From NCBI GenBank assembly GCA_964016885.1, contig OZ024743.1, positions 236,034,001 through 236,098,000 on the forward strand: 64,000 nucleotides of DNA, written 5' to 3'. Shown here piece after piece: positions 29,262 through 41,016 of this stretch; position 1 is the stretch's first letter, and every line of letters starts with the position of its first letter. The stretch is from Eledone cirrhosa (lineage: Eukaryota). Under the pieces are notes generated by a model that did no database searches, was not told the origin of the DNA, and was given only the letters and a program-made list of their open reading frames with translations. Made by a program: the position numbers and the translations under genes.

Positions 29262-30225
29262 TGTTGTTGTGGTAGTGGTGGTGGAACAGTGGTGATGATC
29301 ATGGTGGTGGAGGTGGTGGTGATGATCGTGGTGGTGGTGATTGTGATGGTAGAGGTGGTGATGATGGATTGGTGATCATGGTCGCCATGGTGATGGACTG
29401 GTGATAGTGGTGATGGTAGTAATGGTGATGGAGTGGTGTTGGTGGTAGTGATGATGGTGGCGGTGGTAGTGATAGTATTGGTGGTGGTAGTGATGATGGT
29501 CGTGGTAGTGTTGGTACTGATGGTGGTGGTGGTAGTGTTGGTGGTGTTGGTGGTAGTGTTGGTGGTAGTGTTGGTGGTGGTAGTAGTGTTGGTGGAGTGG
29601 TGTTGGTGGTAGTGATGGTGGTGGTAGTGATAGTATTGGTGGTGGTAGTAGTGTTGGTGGAGTGGTGTTGGTGGTAGTGATGGTGGTGGTAGTGATAGTA
29701 TTGGTGGTGGTAGTGATGATGGTCGTGGTAGTGTTGGTACTGATGGTGGTGGTGGTAGTGTTGGTGGTGTTGGTGGTAGTGTTGGTGGTAGTGTTGGTGG
29801 TGGTAGTAGTGTTGGTGGAGTGGTGTTGGTGGTAGTGATGGTGGTGGTAGTGATAGTATTGGTGGTGGTAGTGATGATGGTCGTGGTAGTGTTGGTACTG
29901 ATGGTGGTGGTGGTGGTGTTGGTGGTAGTGTTGGTGGTGGTGGTAGTGTTGGTGATGGTGTTGGTGGTGGTGATGGTGGTGGTGATGGTGGTGGTGATGG
30001 TGGTGGTGATGGTAGTGGTGATGGTAGTGGTGATGGTAGTGGTGATGGTAGTGGTGATGGTAGTGGTGATGGTAGTGGAGTTGGTGGTAGTGGTGGTAGT
30101 AGTAGTGGTGGTGGTGGTGGTGGTGGTAGTGTTGATCGTAGTAGTGGTAATGGTAGTGGTAGTGGTGGTGGTAATAGTAGTAATGGTAGTAATAGTAGTA
30201 GTAGTAGTAGTAGTAGTAGTTGTGG
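29262..30225. repeat. (GGT/AGT/GAT)n trinucleotide-type array
   Basis: Direct inspection. Confidence 0.95.
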
Positions 30226-30295
30226 TGTTTATCCATTATACCACATTAATATCAGTTAAACAGTTTCTCCACCATATATTTTAATAATGGAGTTA

Positions 30296-31606
30296 CGAGG
30301 GGGGATCAAAAAGTTCGCGGAATTTTTCAGAAAATATTCTATTTTTCAAAAAATATGATTTACCTTCAATTTATTTTTCTACATAGTTGCCATCCAGGTC
30401 AATACACTTCACAAGGCGATGCTTCCAGCTTCGTAAGCCGTCTCTAAAGAAAGTTGAAGGCCTTGTTCGAAGCCATGTGTTGGCAGTGTTTTTAGCTTCT
30501 TAAACACCACTAAAACGGGTTCCTTTTAGCATTTCTTTGAGTTTTGGAAAGAGGAAAAAGTCTGATGGGGCTAAATCTGGACTATAAGGCGGGTAAGGAA
30601 GCACTTCCCATCGAAATTCTCGAAGAATTTTTTTTGCAACCCGCGCAGAATGCGCTGGTGCATTGTCATGGTAAACAAGATCCCACCATGATGTTTCCCT
30701 TTTCGTTTCTTGACTAATGCCTCTTTCAGCTTCCTTAAAACATTTGCATAGTAAGCTCCTGTCACAGTTCTTTGACCTTCAAGATAATCTATTAGTCTCA
30801 CCCCATCTGAATCTCAGAAAATGGTGGCCATCACTCTTTGATCTGACTTTTGAGATTTGAACTTGATTGGCCCCGAGGATCCACGTGGAAGCCACTGTTT
30901 TCACTGCTGTTTGGATTCAGCATCATACTGGTAGATCCAGCTTTCATCTCCGGTGATGATTCTGGTCAGGAAATGCTCTTCATCAGCTTCAATTTTGTTT
31001 AATATCGCCAAAGACAGTTCACTTCGAAGAATCAGCTGATCAGGGCGCAACGCTTTTGGAACCCATCGAGCTGAAAGCTTGCTTAGTCCCAAATTATCGT
31101 GCAGAATTGAATTTGCCGAACCATATGAAATGTCTAGGGACTTAGCTAACTGATTAACTGTTATTCTTCAATCTTCTTCAATTAAAGTCTGAGCAGCCTC
31201 AACGTTTTGGTCATTTTTTGATGTTCCTAGTCTTCCACTGCGATGGTCGTCTTCAAGGTCGTCTCTCCCTTGTTTGAATTGCTGAATCCACTTGTAGACA
31301 GCAGTTTTCTTTGGAGTAGTACCGTAAACTTTAACTAAAGCCTCCATAATCTGTGTCCCTTTCCATTTGAGTTTCACCAGAAACTTGATATTTGATCTTA
31401 TCTCAAAATAACTATTTTCCATTGTTCCAAAAAGAGGTTTTTTAAAGAGTGTCAGTACTGTACAATAGTCTGCGCATAACTGACTGCAAGTGACTAATAG
31501 CAAGGTAAACACCCAGTAACAATGTTCTGACATGTTTAATATTGTTTTAACCTATTTTTTTCTTACTACGATAAAATTCCGTGAACTTTTTGATCCCCCG
31601 CCCTCG
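30296..31606 (-). mobile_element. Full-length mariner DNA transposon with TIRs and TA target duplication
   Basis: TA-CGAGGGGGGATCAAAAAGTTCGCGGAATTT ... AAATTCCGTGAACTTTTTGATCCCCCGCCCTCG-TA. About 1.3 kb. Confidence 0.95.
30371..31422 (-). pseudogene. Mariner (DD34D) transposase pseudogene
   Basis: MENSYFEIRSNIKFLVKL..., WVPKAL, ITGDESWIYQYD, YSPDLAPSDFFLFPKLK. Several stops and frameshifts. Confidence 0.9.
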
Positions 31607-31619
31607 TAGATTTATTAAA

Positions 31620-31895
31620 TGTGGTAGACATAGTGGTAGACATGGCTGTGGTAGACATGGCTGTGGTAGACATGGCTGTGGTAGACAGTGTGTGGATACA
31701 GATACAGAGAGTGAACCAAATATATACAGTGAACAACACACTGAACAGGATACACTGTACGAGATACAGTGAACAGGATACAGTGAACATGATACAGTGA
31801 ACAGGATACAGTGAACATGATACAGTGAACGAGATACAGTGAACGAGATGCAGTGAACGAGATACATTGAACAGGATACAGTGAACGAGATACAA
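31620..31895. repeat. Short-unit minisatellites (15-bp GTGGTAGACATGGCT; 13-bp GATACAGTGAACA/G)
   Basis: Direct inspection. Confidence 0.85.
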
Positions 31896-32258
31896 ATGAT
31901 AAAGGAACTAACAAAATAAAGAAACACAACTGAAAACTTCATGATAATCAGATGTTTATAGATCTTTTATAAACAACCCCATTAACTCTTAATGTCCTGT
32001 TCCACATGAAACCACATTAGCAAGACATTCTTGACAAATACTAAATAGCATTATGACCTGCTTCACATTAAGAATTAAAACATTTACTCCAACGGTGCAA
32101 ATTTTCAGAACAATCCGTCGATTAGTGAAGATATAAACGTTTGGATCAATAAACCTGTTTTTAGATATGTTCTGCTAAATCTTTACAGGATGTTAAGAGT
32201 TAAAATACATTATCAATCATAAAGAATTGTGTACTTATATATATTGAATATGTCTAGT

Positions 32259-32358
32259 GAAGGTGTACAGCTTAGTGGTTAGAGTGTTGGGCTTGTAATC
32301 ATGAGGTTGTGAGTTTGACCTCAGACCGGGTCACATGCCCTTGAGTAAGACACTTTAT
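32259..32358 (+). mobile_element. CORE-SINE 5' fragment
   Basis: GAAGGTGTACAGCTTAGTGGTTAGAG...CCTTGAGTAAGACACTTTAT. Confidence 0.7.
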
Positions 32359-32491
32359 GTGTGTGTGTATACATATATATATATATATAGATGTATGTAT
32401 GTATGTAAAAAGTAAACAGAAATAACAACACAATCGGTACAGTATATGGAAGAGATATATTAGGTTAACACTTGATATAGCAGGAAGAGGG

Positions 32492-32528
32492 TCTTAACGT
32501 TTCAGACGCTAGTCCTTCATTAGAAGAA
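32492..32528 (-). ncRNA. Degenerate minimal hammerhead (Penelope type)
   Basis: - strand: TTCTT CTAATGA A GGAC TAGC GTCT GAAA CGTTA AGA. Core has a G>A change. Confidence 0.55.
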
Positions 32529-32877
32529 ATAATGAGAAATAAAATAGATTGAAAGGAAGGGTGATGGAATTGGAAAAAATATCTTTGGATTAAAATAACA
32601 GGTCCATTCATGTTGACATCTCTTGCAAAACTGTTGGTGCTGGCGTTTTGTGTATGATTTATTTTTTAGAAAAGTGGATGATGGAGTGCATATATATATA
32701 ATTATAATTGAATATGAAAGAAAAACACAGATATATACATATATGAGTTCAAATCGTTAGGGACCAGATTCGCTAAGGTGAAAAGAATACTAACTATAGA
32801 CAATTGGGTTTGCTTGTCTCAATTTAAGAAAAAAAATCAAGAAAATAAATACAAACTGGAATTGTGGTAACTACCGA

Positions 32878-32951
32878 CACCCAGACAACTTGGTGTTGTT
32901 TCGCAATGTTAATTGTGAATAGAATTACCAATTTATGCTCATCAGTGGGTG
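32878..32951 (-). ncRNA. Apparently intact type I hammerhead ribozyme
   Basis: - strand: CACCCA CTGATGA GCA..(AATTG..CAATT)..TGC GAAA CAAC ACCAA GTTG TC^ TGGGTG. 6-bp stem I, 4-bp stem III plus A-U, GUC cleavage site. Confidence 0.85.
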
Positions 32952-33012
32952 ATAAATTAGTATCCTAGACACTTCTAAGTATATTAAGAAACTGAACAGT
33001 GTGCCATATATA

Positions 33013-33200
33013 ATTGTTTCTACATTTGGCACAAGGCCAGCAATTATCCCAGTGTATTACTGGTGCTTTATTTTATCGACCCCGTAAAGATGAAAGGCAA
33101 AGTTAACTTCGGCCGGATTTGAACTCAGACCATAAAGGGACGTAACTCTTTGCTGCAAAGCATGGCGTCCGACCCTCTACCAATACTGCCAATCCACAAT
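33013..33200 (-). mobile_element. Meta/MESC-like SINE
   Basis: Same family as 2748-2935 and 44800-45020. Confidence 0.8.
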
Positions 33201-33521
33201 AATAATAGCGCACATGGCATCCTAGCGCGTCTCACAAACCCACACGACTAAAAATAACAGCCAGGTTTATTCGACATTTGAAATAGCTCAACAAATTAAC
33301 GGAGCCGAATATATCAAAGGTATATATTGAGTTAGGAACTCAAAATAGTCTCTACGATTTGAACTCATATATGTATATATCTGTGTTCGTTTTTCTTTTA
33401 TATTCAATTATAATATACGGCTCGGAAATATCTCTTTCTTAGAGCTATTTTGTTGTAAGAGACTATTTTGAGTTCCTAACTCAATATATGCCTTTGATAT
33501 ATATATATATATATATATATA

Positions 33522-34366
33522 TGAAAGGCAGATTGTATGATGCCGGTATACGAACAGCAATGCTGCATTGCATGCAGAGGACCTGCGCAGACTGGAAAGG
33601 AACGAAGCATGCATGCTCCGTTGGATGTGTAATAGTAATATACGTGAACAGGAAAGCATAAATGAACTAAGTGAGAAATTAGGAATAAGAGGGATCAGAT
33701 GCTGTTTACTTGAGAGAAGACTACGTTGGTATGGTCACGTGATGCGCATGAAAGACGACAGCTGTATAAAAAAGTGCAGGCCGATCAAAATTGATGGTAG
33801 TTACGGAGTAGGTAGACCCAGAAAAACCTGGGATGATTTGATAAATTCCGACCTTACACATTTGCACCTCTCTAAGACAATGTCACTGGACCGAGATCTT
33901 TGGCGCTACGCAGTAATAGAGAAGGCGCTACGCAGTAATAGAGAAGACCCACCTTGCCTATGTACAAAGCGAAACCTACAGTCAGTAGGCACCAAATATA
34001 CATCCCAATCCACTACCCCTACCCTATCCTCCCACTAACACCACCCTCTCTCTGTAAAGTTGGTACCATAACATCCAGTCCAAATAAATGAGATAATGAG
34101 ATCGAGATTGTGTAGGTGTCACGACAAAAAAACAAAAAAACACACAGTCCACGCTGTAATGTGGCCGTGTAAGTAACACGGTAAAAAGTTCCCAGTTACA
34201 CACTGTAAAGGTGGTTGGTGTTAGGAAGGGTATCCAGCTGTAGAAAACCTGCCAGATAGTCCTATATGAGCGAGACACAGTCACCCGACCAACCTTGCCT
34301 CAAGTGGGACAACTCCTGTCTAACCCATGCTAGCGTGGAAGATAGACGTTAAACGATGATGATGAT
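33522..34366 (+). mobile_element. 5'-truncated RTE (family a) 3' end
   Basis: AEDLRRLERNEACMLRWMCNS...[11 protein letters not shown]...GRPRKTWDDLI. 3' UTR and (GAT)n, flanked by (TA)n. Confidence 0.9.
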
Positions 34367-34983
34367 ATATATATATATAGAGAGAGAGAGACACACAACA
34401 GTAAATAGTGACATCAAACAATAAAGAATGACTTCAACATATGCCAACAACAACAACAACAATAAGGACAGTGTGATTTATTGAGAAGATATTTACCAAA
34501 TGTTAGTTTCCTAAACAGATTAAGTGATGTAAAAATATGTTGACATCAATTACAAAAGCAGAAGTAAACTGGTAAAACCATTACTTAGGGTTTCTCATGA
34601 ATTGTGTTATTCCTGTCTGTAGTCTGGGTTCAAATCTCACCAACATCAATTCTGCCTTTTCTCATTTTGGGGCTCAACAAATAAAATACTAGTCAAATAC
34701 TGAGGGTGGTTAACTAATACTAGTCAAATACTGAGGGTGGTTAACTATCTATCTATCTATCCTATCTATCTATCTCTGGGATGGACACACGCGTGAAACT
34801 TGCTGAGTAAGTTCTGCTTAAATTTGTATAGAAATTCTTGAATGTAAATTTTCATTTTTGTACCATTTTGTAGAGGGACTGCCAGGTCAAATTTTGATCT
34901 GGTCAGTCTCTCAAAATATTCTACGCCTTTAGGCGAAATAGTTAACAAAAAGTTTTTTTTTGAAAAGCTAACATTTTTTTTAA

Positions 34984-36348
34984 ATGGCTGAAGCTTCTTC
35001 ACCAAAATTCGAAGGAGAAAAGGGGAAGATATGTTTACAGCTTCCCCCTGCCACTGTCATAGTAGCAGATGTCAAAGACAAAGGTCAGCCAGAGGAAGGA
35101 TTTTCTCCACCTGCAACAAACCAAATAACCAGCTGCACCAACAACAACAACAATGCTATGAACGAAAACAACACCAACAACAATAACAATAACAACACCA
35201 ATAACTGTGATAACAACAACACCACCAACTACAACAGCAACACAAACAAGGAAAAGGTCTCCTTCGCCCAGACAGCAAGGAAAACCCTCTATCTGCCAGT
35301 AGATATAAACAAAGCAAAGGAGCTACTGGCAGATGCCAAAAAACACAATGTATGGGGAAAATGGATCATTTTCGATCCCCCCCCCCCCCCCCCCCGGAAC
35401 TAAAAAGCCAGAGACTCCTAAACACTGTCATGTTTAGGACAGTCTCAAACAAAAGCAAAAAACCAGCTCAACCATCACAAAGTGAGATAGAGCTGGTTTT
35501 AAAAGATGGACAGGGACACAGCAGTGAAACTGTCCATAAAACCAATTACATCCACTGCATACACCTTCTACCCTACGTACATGGGTAGGACACAAAAAAT
35601 AAAAATTCACACCATCCTTCCGATTATGGACATATGGTGGGTATTGACAGGTTTCCTGAACCTAGATGATGACACACTAATATCCATGGGAAAGGCTTCG
35701 GGTGACGCGTTCAGTGGAACGAGCCTCGAATTTGTAGTTCAAATGAGGCCCGAAAGGATCGACCAGATCCCTGAACACGTCATACTGTATGATCAAACTT
35801 TTATCAACATTACCGTTGAGGGTAGGCGGCCCTCGTGTTACCTCTGTGGAACCAGAGGTCACCTGAGGGCTGTCTGTCCTTAACTTAATAAGAAAACCCC
35901 AATCTTGCCTACACCACCAACACAATCACCACAACCACCACTACAAACCAAAACGAAACAATGTCCAACCCATCCCCCCCACTAAAAAAAAAACAATTTC
36001 CAAAACACCCGCACCGCCGGCACAACCCGAAAATCTACCCCTCCCCTCCAACGCGGAAGATGACCCTTGTTCGACGAGGAGGAGCACTTCCACACAATCA
36101 AAAGAAAAAAAAGAAAACACACCTCAGACACACAAATGAAAACAACCCCTCCCCAAAACATAACACAGACACCAACACAAAAGAGCACACAACAGCAAAC
36201 AAAAAACACCACACAAAAACAAAAACAGGCATACACATACATAAACACAAGAAATAAAAAACTGCTAAACATTGTGTACAAAAACAATTTAGTAAAAACC
36301 CAAGGCCTAACTTCACCCAGGCAGGGGATTTCCTCCACCTCAACATGA
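34984..36348 (+). pseudogene. Tx1 ORF1 (gag-like zinc knuckle), disrupted
   Basis: KVSFAQTA... and VEGRRPSCYLCGTRGHLRAVCP (C-x2-C-x4-H-x4-C). Frameshift at poly-C and internal stops. 3' boundary approximate. Confidence 0.7.
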
Positions 36349-36609
36349 TTAAGGCCCCAGAGGACACATAAAACACTAAAAACACAACTTTAAAGAGGAC
36401 GTGCCCCCCCCCCCCCTGTGCCGGGCCCATTAAAAGACTTCTAAAAGACTTCCCCACCCTCTCCCCAAACACACACACAACACACTGATGCCCCTACACT
36501 TCCACAAACCACCACCCCACCCAACAACCCATCCCCCACCCTCATGGAAATTGTGCAGCCCGATACCCGGGACGCAGAGAGGTAAGTGCCTTTACTCTTC
36601 ATCACCAAC

Positions 36610-39600
36610 ATGGCTATGCTAAGAGTAGGCTGTCTAAATGCGCGTGGCCTGGGCTTAACTTGGAAGCAAGCAATGCTTCTAAATGACCTCAGGTTACAAC
36701 GTATAGATGTGGTTATTTGCGAGGCCCGGATCAGCAATGTGCAACAGCTGGCCCCCACCTTTGATGACTTTGAGATGCACGCATCTCTCTGTCAGCCAGG
36801 AGGTGGGGTTGTCGTTCTGCTGCAAAAACATCTGGGTCTCGCAACACAGACGGTACATTTGGACCCGGAGGGTCGACTAGTGGTTCTGGACCTTGGCAGT
36901 GGTGAAGGCGGAGCATTTAGGTTGGTAGCCGTCTACAGCCCTTTCGGGTCAATGTGGCCAGACTTCTTCCATCGTCTGGAGACTTTTCTAGGGACGTCCC
37001 GCTCCTTGCTATTAGTGGGGGACTAGAATGGTATCCTAGATGCACGTTGGGACTACGTAGGGGCCTGTCCCGATAGAGAGGGGTGTAATATCCTCAAAGG
37101 GTTAATCGGTCGATTTGACCTGGCCGATAGTCCAACCTGGACTTGGGCAAACTGCAGCCGATCATCTAGGTCGTACTTAGATAGGTTCTTAGAAATAAGG
37201 ATAAGGACTTTTTAAGTTGTCCAATGCGCATGGTTGGCTATTCAGACCACAAGTTAGTGACCTGCATGGTCAACCTTGACAGAACGCATAGACAGGGACT
37301 CGGTTACTGGAAACTCAACTTGTCCTTACCGGCAAGTAAGGCTTACAGGGATCGGATTAGCACTTTAGTTAAGGAGCGGTTGACGGGCGCCATCGTCAAC
37401 AGCAGGTGGTGGGGATCTCTCAAAAGAGAGATTAGAGTAGTCTCTATAGAATTTAGTAAGGAGTTAGCCTCAAATAGAAATAGGAAGGAAAGGGAGTTGG
37501 TAGATAGAGTAGAAGAGGCAATTAGAAACGGCGACGTGGCCAGAGTGCTAGCGTCGAGAACGACTCTGGTCCAGTTCTTCGACGCGAAACACGAAGGCTG
37601 CATCGTCCGAAGCAAAATACGTGCTCTGGGAAACGAGGGGACCAAAGCTGTTAGCTGGACCCGTGTGACAGAAGCCAAAAGAGGGAGTAGATCCACTATC
37701 CGGTCTTTGCGAGACCAGGATGGACGGGTGATCCTTGAACCTAAGCAGATGTACGAAGCTTTTTAAAAGCACTTTGCCAGATTGTTCGGAAGGGGCGGGG
37801 AGCCGGTTGGGGAAGTGGACTTCGGTCCATACCTCGACGGCCTGCCGCGTCTCTCGGACAGGGAGGCGAAGTCCTGCGAGGAGCCGATTTCAGCCGCTGA
37901 GATAGAGGACGTGCTGAGCCAATGCGGCAAACGCAAATCCCCGGGTCTCGATGGTCTTCCATTCGAACTATATCTAGCTATGCCGGACTTGTTCCCCGAT
38001 CTCCTCGAGGCGGTCTACTGCAACTGGCAACAGAACGGGAGAATTCCCTGTGCTGTGACCAAGGGCGTAGTCACGCTAGTGAGGAAGGACGAGAACAAGG
38101 GGGACGATATAAATAATTTCAGGCCCATAACTCTGCTAAATACAGAGTTACAGATTTTGGCCAAGGTGCTAGCAAAGAGGTTGGCACTTGTCGTGGGCAA
38201 CCTGGTGGGAGATGCGCAGATATGTGCTATCTCGTCCAGGTCCATCCACGACAACCTCCACCTCATGCAATACATCATAGAGAGGGTTGGGAACGAACCT
38301 GGTTTTGGTGGGGCCCTGATCAACTTGGATCAATCTAAGGCGTTCGATAGGGTCGACCATGGTTACCTGGATGCGGTGCTAGCAGGCTTCGGACCCGTTT
38401 TCAGGGGCTGGATCAATGCCATGCACAGCAGCCGCATCTGCTCTAGGGTCAAGGTGAACGGCTACCTCTCGGAGCCGTTCAAAATCGCGCGGTCCATCCG
38501 ACAAGGGTGCCCTCTCTCCTCCCTTCTGTATGTATTGACTCTCAAGCCACTACTGCGGAAGTTGGAGTTGTTGCAGGGCATCCCGTTGGAACCGGGATTG
38601 CGGAAAGCGGTGTCGGCCTACGCCGATGGCATAACAGTAATGGTGTCGATGGCCTCGGAAATCGGGGCCATCGGCACCTTACCGGAAGAGTACGAAAGGT
38701 TTACAGGGGCTAAGCTGAACCGGGACAAGTCAATCGGTCTGCAACTCGGCACGTGGAGGGGCAGATCGATGCCGTCCGATGGCGTCGTCGGGCGCTGGAC
38801 GAAGGGCCCGGTGAAGTTGCTCGGGGTCTGGTTCGGACCAGACCTCCAGGTGGAGAAGAACTGAGGTGTGGTAACGAACAGGGTGTTTGCACTAACCCAG
38901 AAGTGGGCCGAGTGCAAACTGTACCTAAAATGTTGGGCGAGGTGGCGAACACTTATATAGCGTCCATCATCTACTACCGCCTGACCATTGTGCCTTGCCC
39001 AAGGGAAACGCTCGCCAAAATGGAGCGCGCACTCTTCCAATTCCTTTGGAAGAAGCGGGCTCCTATGGTGAGGAGATCCATTTGCTGTCAACACTCTTCA
39101 AAAGGAGGGCTGGGAATGCCGTGGCTAATGATACGTAAACACGCATTAAGGCTACGGCACCTCCAGGTATTCCTCACCGGTCAACCGGTGTGGGCCCCGT
39201 TTGTGAGGCGAGCCTTTCCCAGACTCGTCTCACTCACCGAGCTGCAATCCTGGGTCAAACAAAGACTGAGAAAACTGGGCGCCTGGCACACCGAGTGTGC
39301 CCAGGCGCTCACGGCTCTCTGGCAGGCGGAAATCCACCTCGTCATTCTATAGAGGGCTGGTGGTTAGCAGGTGCGATGACGCCCTCGGAGAAGCCCTAGG
39401 CATGGAGGAAGACGAACTAGCCAACCTGTTCGGTAGGACATTCAGCCCGGGACCCATGGATAACTTTCAGAGGTCCCTGGTCTGGCAGTGCTACCGAGGG
39501 GCTCTACCCGTTCGAGAAAAGCTCTACAGACACGGGCGCCCGGGTAGGGACCCCACCAAAAAGATCTGTCCCAGATGCGTGTGCGACGAGGAAACCGTTG

Positions 39601-39981
39601 CACACGCATTGGTACACTGCTCGGGCGTAGCCAATCTGTCGGGCTATGTCGAACAACTGCTGTCAAGGGTGGGGCCGATCCAGTTGACCACCGAGTCTAT
39701 TGTAACGATCAAGCCGCCTCCTCCCTTCAAAAATGAAGGAGAGGCGGTGTTTCTGTGCGTAATAGCCATGGTGAAAGAAGTTGCATGGTGGACACGTCTG
39801 AAAGGACTGAGGTCAGACACCTTTCTCTCTGGCCAACAACAGGTCTGTTTCTTCCGATATCATTTCGGAAGAAGGATCAGGATGGAGAGAGAGGTGCTCC
39901 ACCCGTCGTTTTTATGAAAGGTGGGTGAAAGTGGCGAGAATGGCCCGTGTGAATGGGCTTTCTCTTTACATCAGTCTGTAG
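36610..39981 (+). pseudogene. Tx1 ORF2 (APE endonuclease + reverse transcriptase), disrupted
   Basis: LRVGCLNARGL, DPEGRLVVLD, YSDHKLV, GYWKLN, KSPGLDGLPFE, NFRPITLLN, LDQSKAFDRVDH, IRQGCPLS, AYADG (mutated YADD), KGGLGMP. Confidence 0.9.
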
Positions 39982-40209
39982 GTGGAAAAGAGGAAGGAAT
40001 GAGGGAGCACCCTCTCTTTGTGCTCCTGAGGAGAAGGGGTTGCACACTTCTTTCAGGGGGGGGGGCGACCCCACAAGGCGCCCCCTCCCTATTGACGACT
40101 TTATTGTTAATTTTATATTTTTTATTTGTTTTCTTTACTCGCTTTTTATGTAAACTCCCCCCATTGTACTTGTCCCACTTTTGATGCCCTGGTGGCAAAT
40201 AAAAGAAAC

Positions 40210-41016
40210 ATATCTGTCTGTCTCACCTATCTTGTCTGTCTCACCTATCTTGTCTGTCTCACCTATCTTGTCTGTCTCACCTATCTTGTCTGTCTCACCT
40301 ATCTTGTCTGTCTCACCTATCTTGTCTGTCTCACCTATCTTGTCTGTCTCACCTATCTTGTCTATCTCACCTATCTTGTCTATCTCACCTATCTTGTCTA
40401 TCTCACCTATCTTGTCTATCTCACCTATCTTGTCTATCTCACCTATCTTGTCTATCTCACATATCTTGTCTATCTCACATATCTTGTCTATCTCACATAT
40501 CTTGTCTATCTCACATATCTTGTCTATCTCACATATCTTGTCTATCTCACATATCTTGTCTATCTCACATATCTTGTCTATCTCACATATCTTGTCTATC
40601 TCACATATCTTGTCTATCTCACATATCTTGTCTATCTCACATATCTTGTCTATCTCACATATCTGTCTGTCTCGCATATCTATCTCACATATCTGTCTAT
40701 CTCACATATCTGTCTGTCTCACATATCTGTCTATCTCACATATCTGTCTATCTCACATATCTGTCTATCTCACATATCTGTCTATCTCACATATCTGTCT
40801 ATCTCACATATCTGTCTATCTCACATATCTGTCTATCTCACATATCTGTCTATCTCACATATCTGTCTATCTCACATATCTGTCTATCTCACATATCTAT
40901 CTCACATATCTGTCTCACATATCTATCTCACCTATCTGTCTATCTCACCTATCTGTCTATCTCACCTATCTGTCTATCTCACCTATCTGTCTATCTCACC
41001 TAACTGTCTATCTCAC
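40210..41016. repeat. ATCT-derived 20/21-bp minisatellite between the two Tx1 copies
   Basis: Units TCACCTATCTTGTCTGTC > TCACATATCTTGTCTATC > TCACATATCTGTCTATC in ordered blocks. Confidence 0.95.

Larger units (their letters stand above)
34776..40209 (+). mobile_element. Full-length Tx1-clade (L1 group) non-LTR retrotransposon, degenerate
   Basis: ORF1 with CCHC knuckle, ORF2 with APE endonuclease, RT and C-terminal CPRC..ETVAHALVHC. 3' end AATAAAAGAAAC. Flanked by ATCT repeats. Confidence 0.9.
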
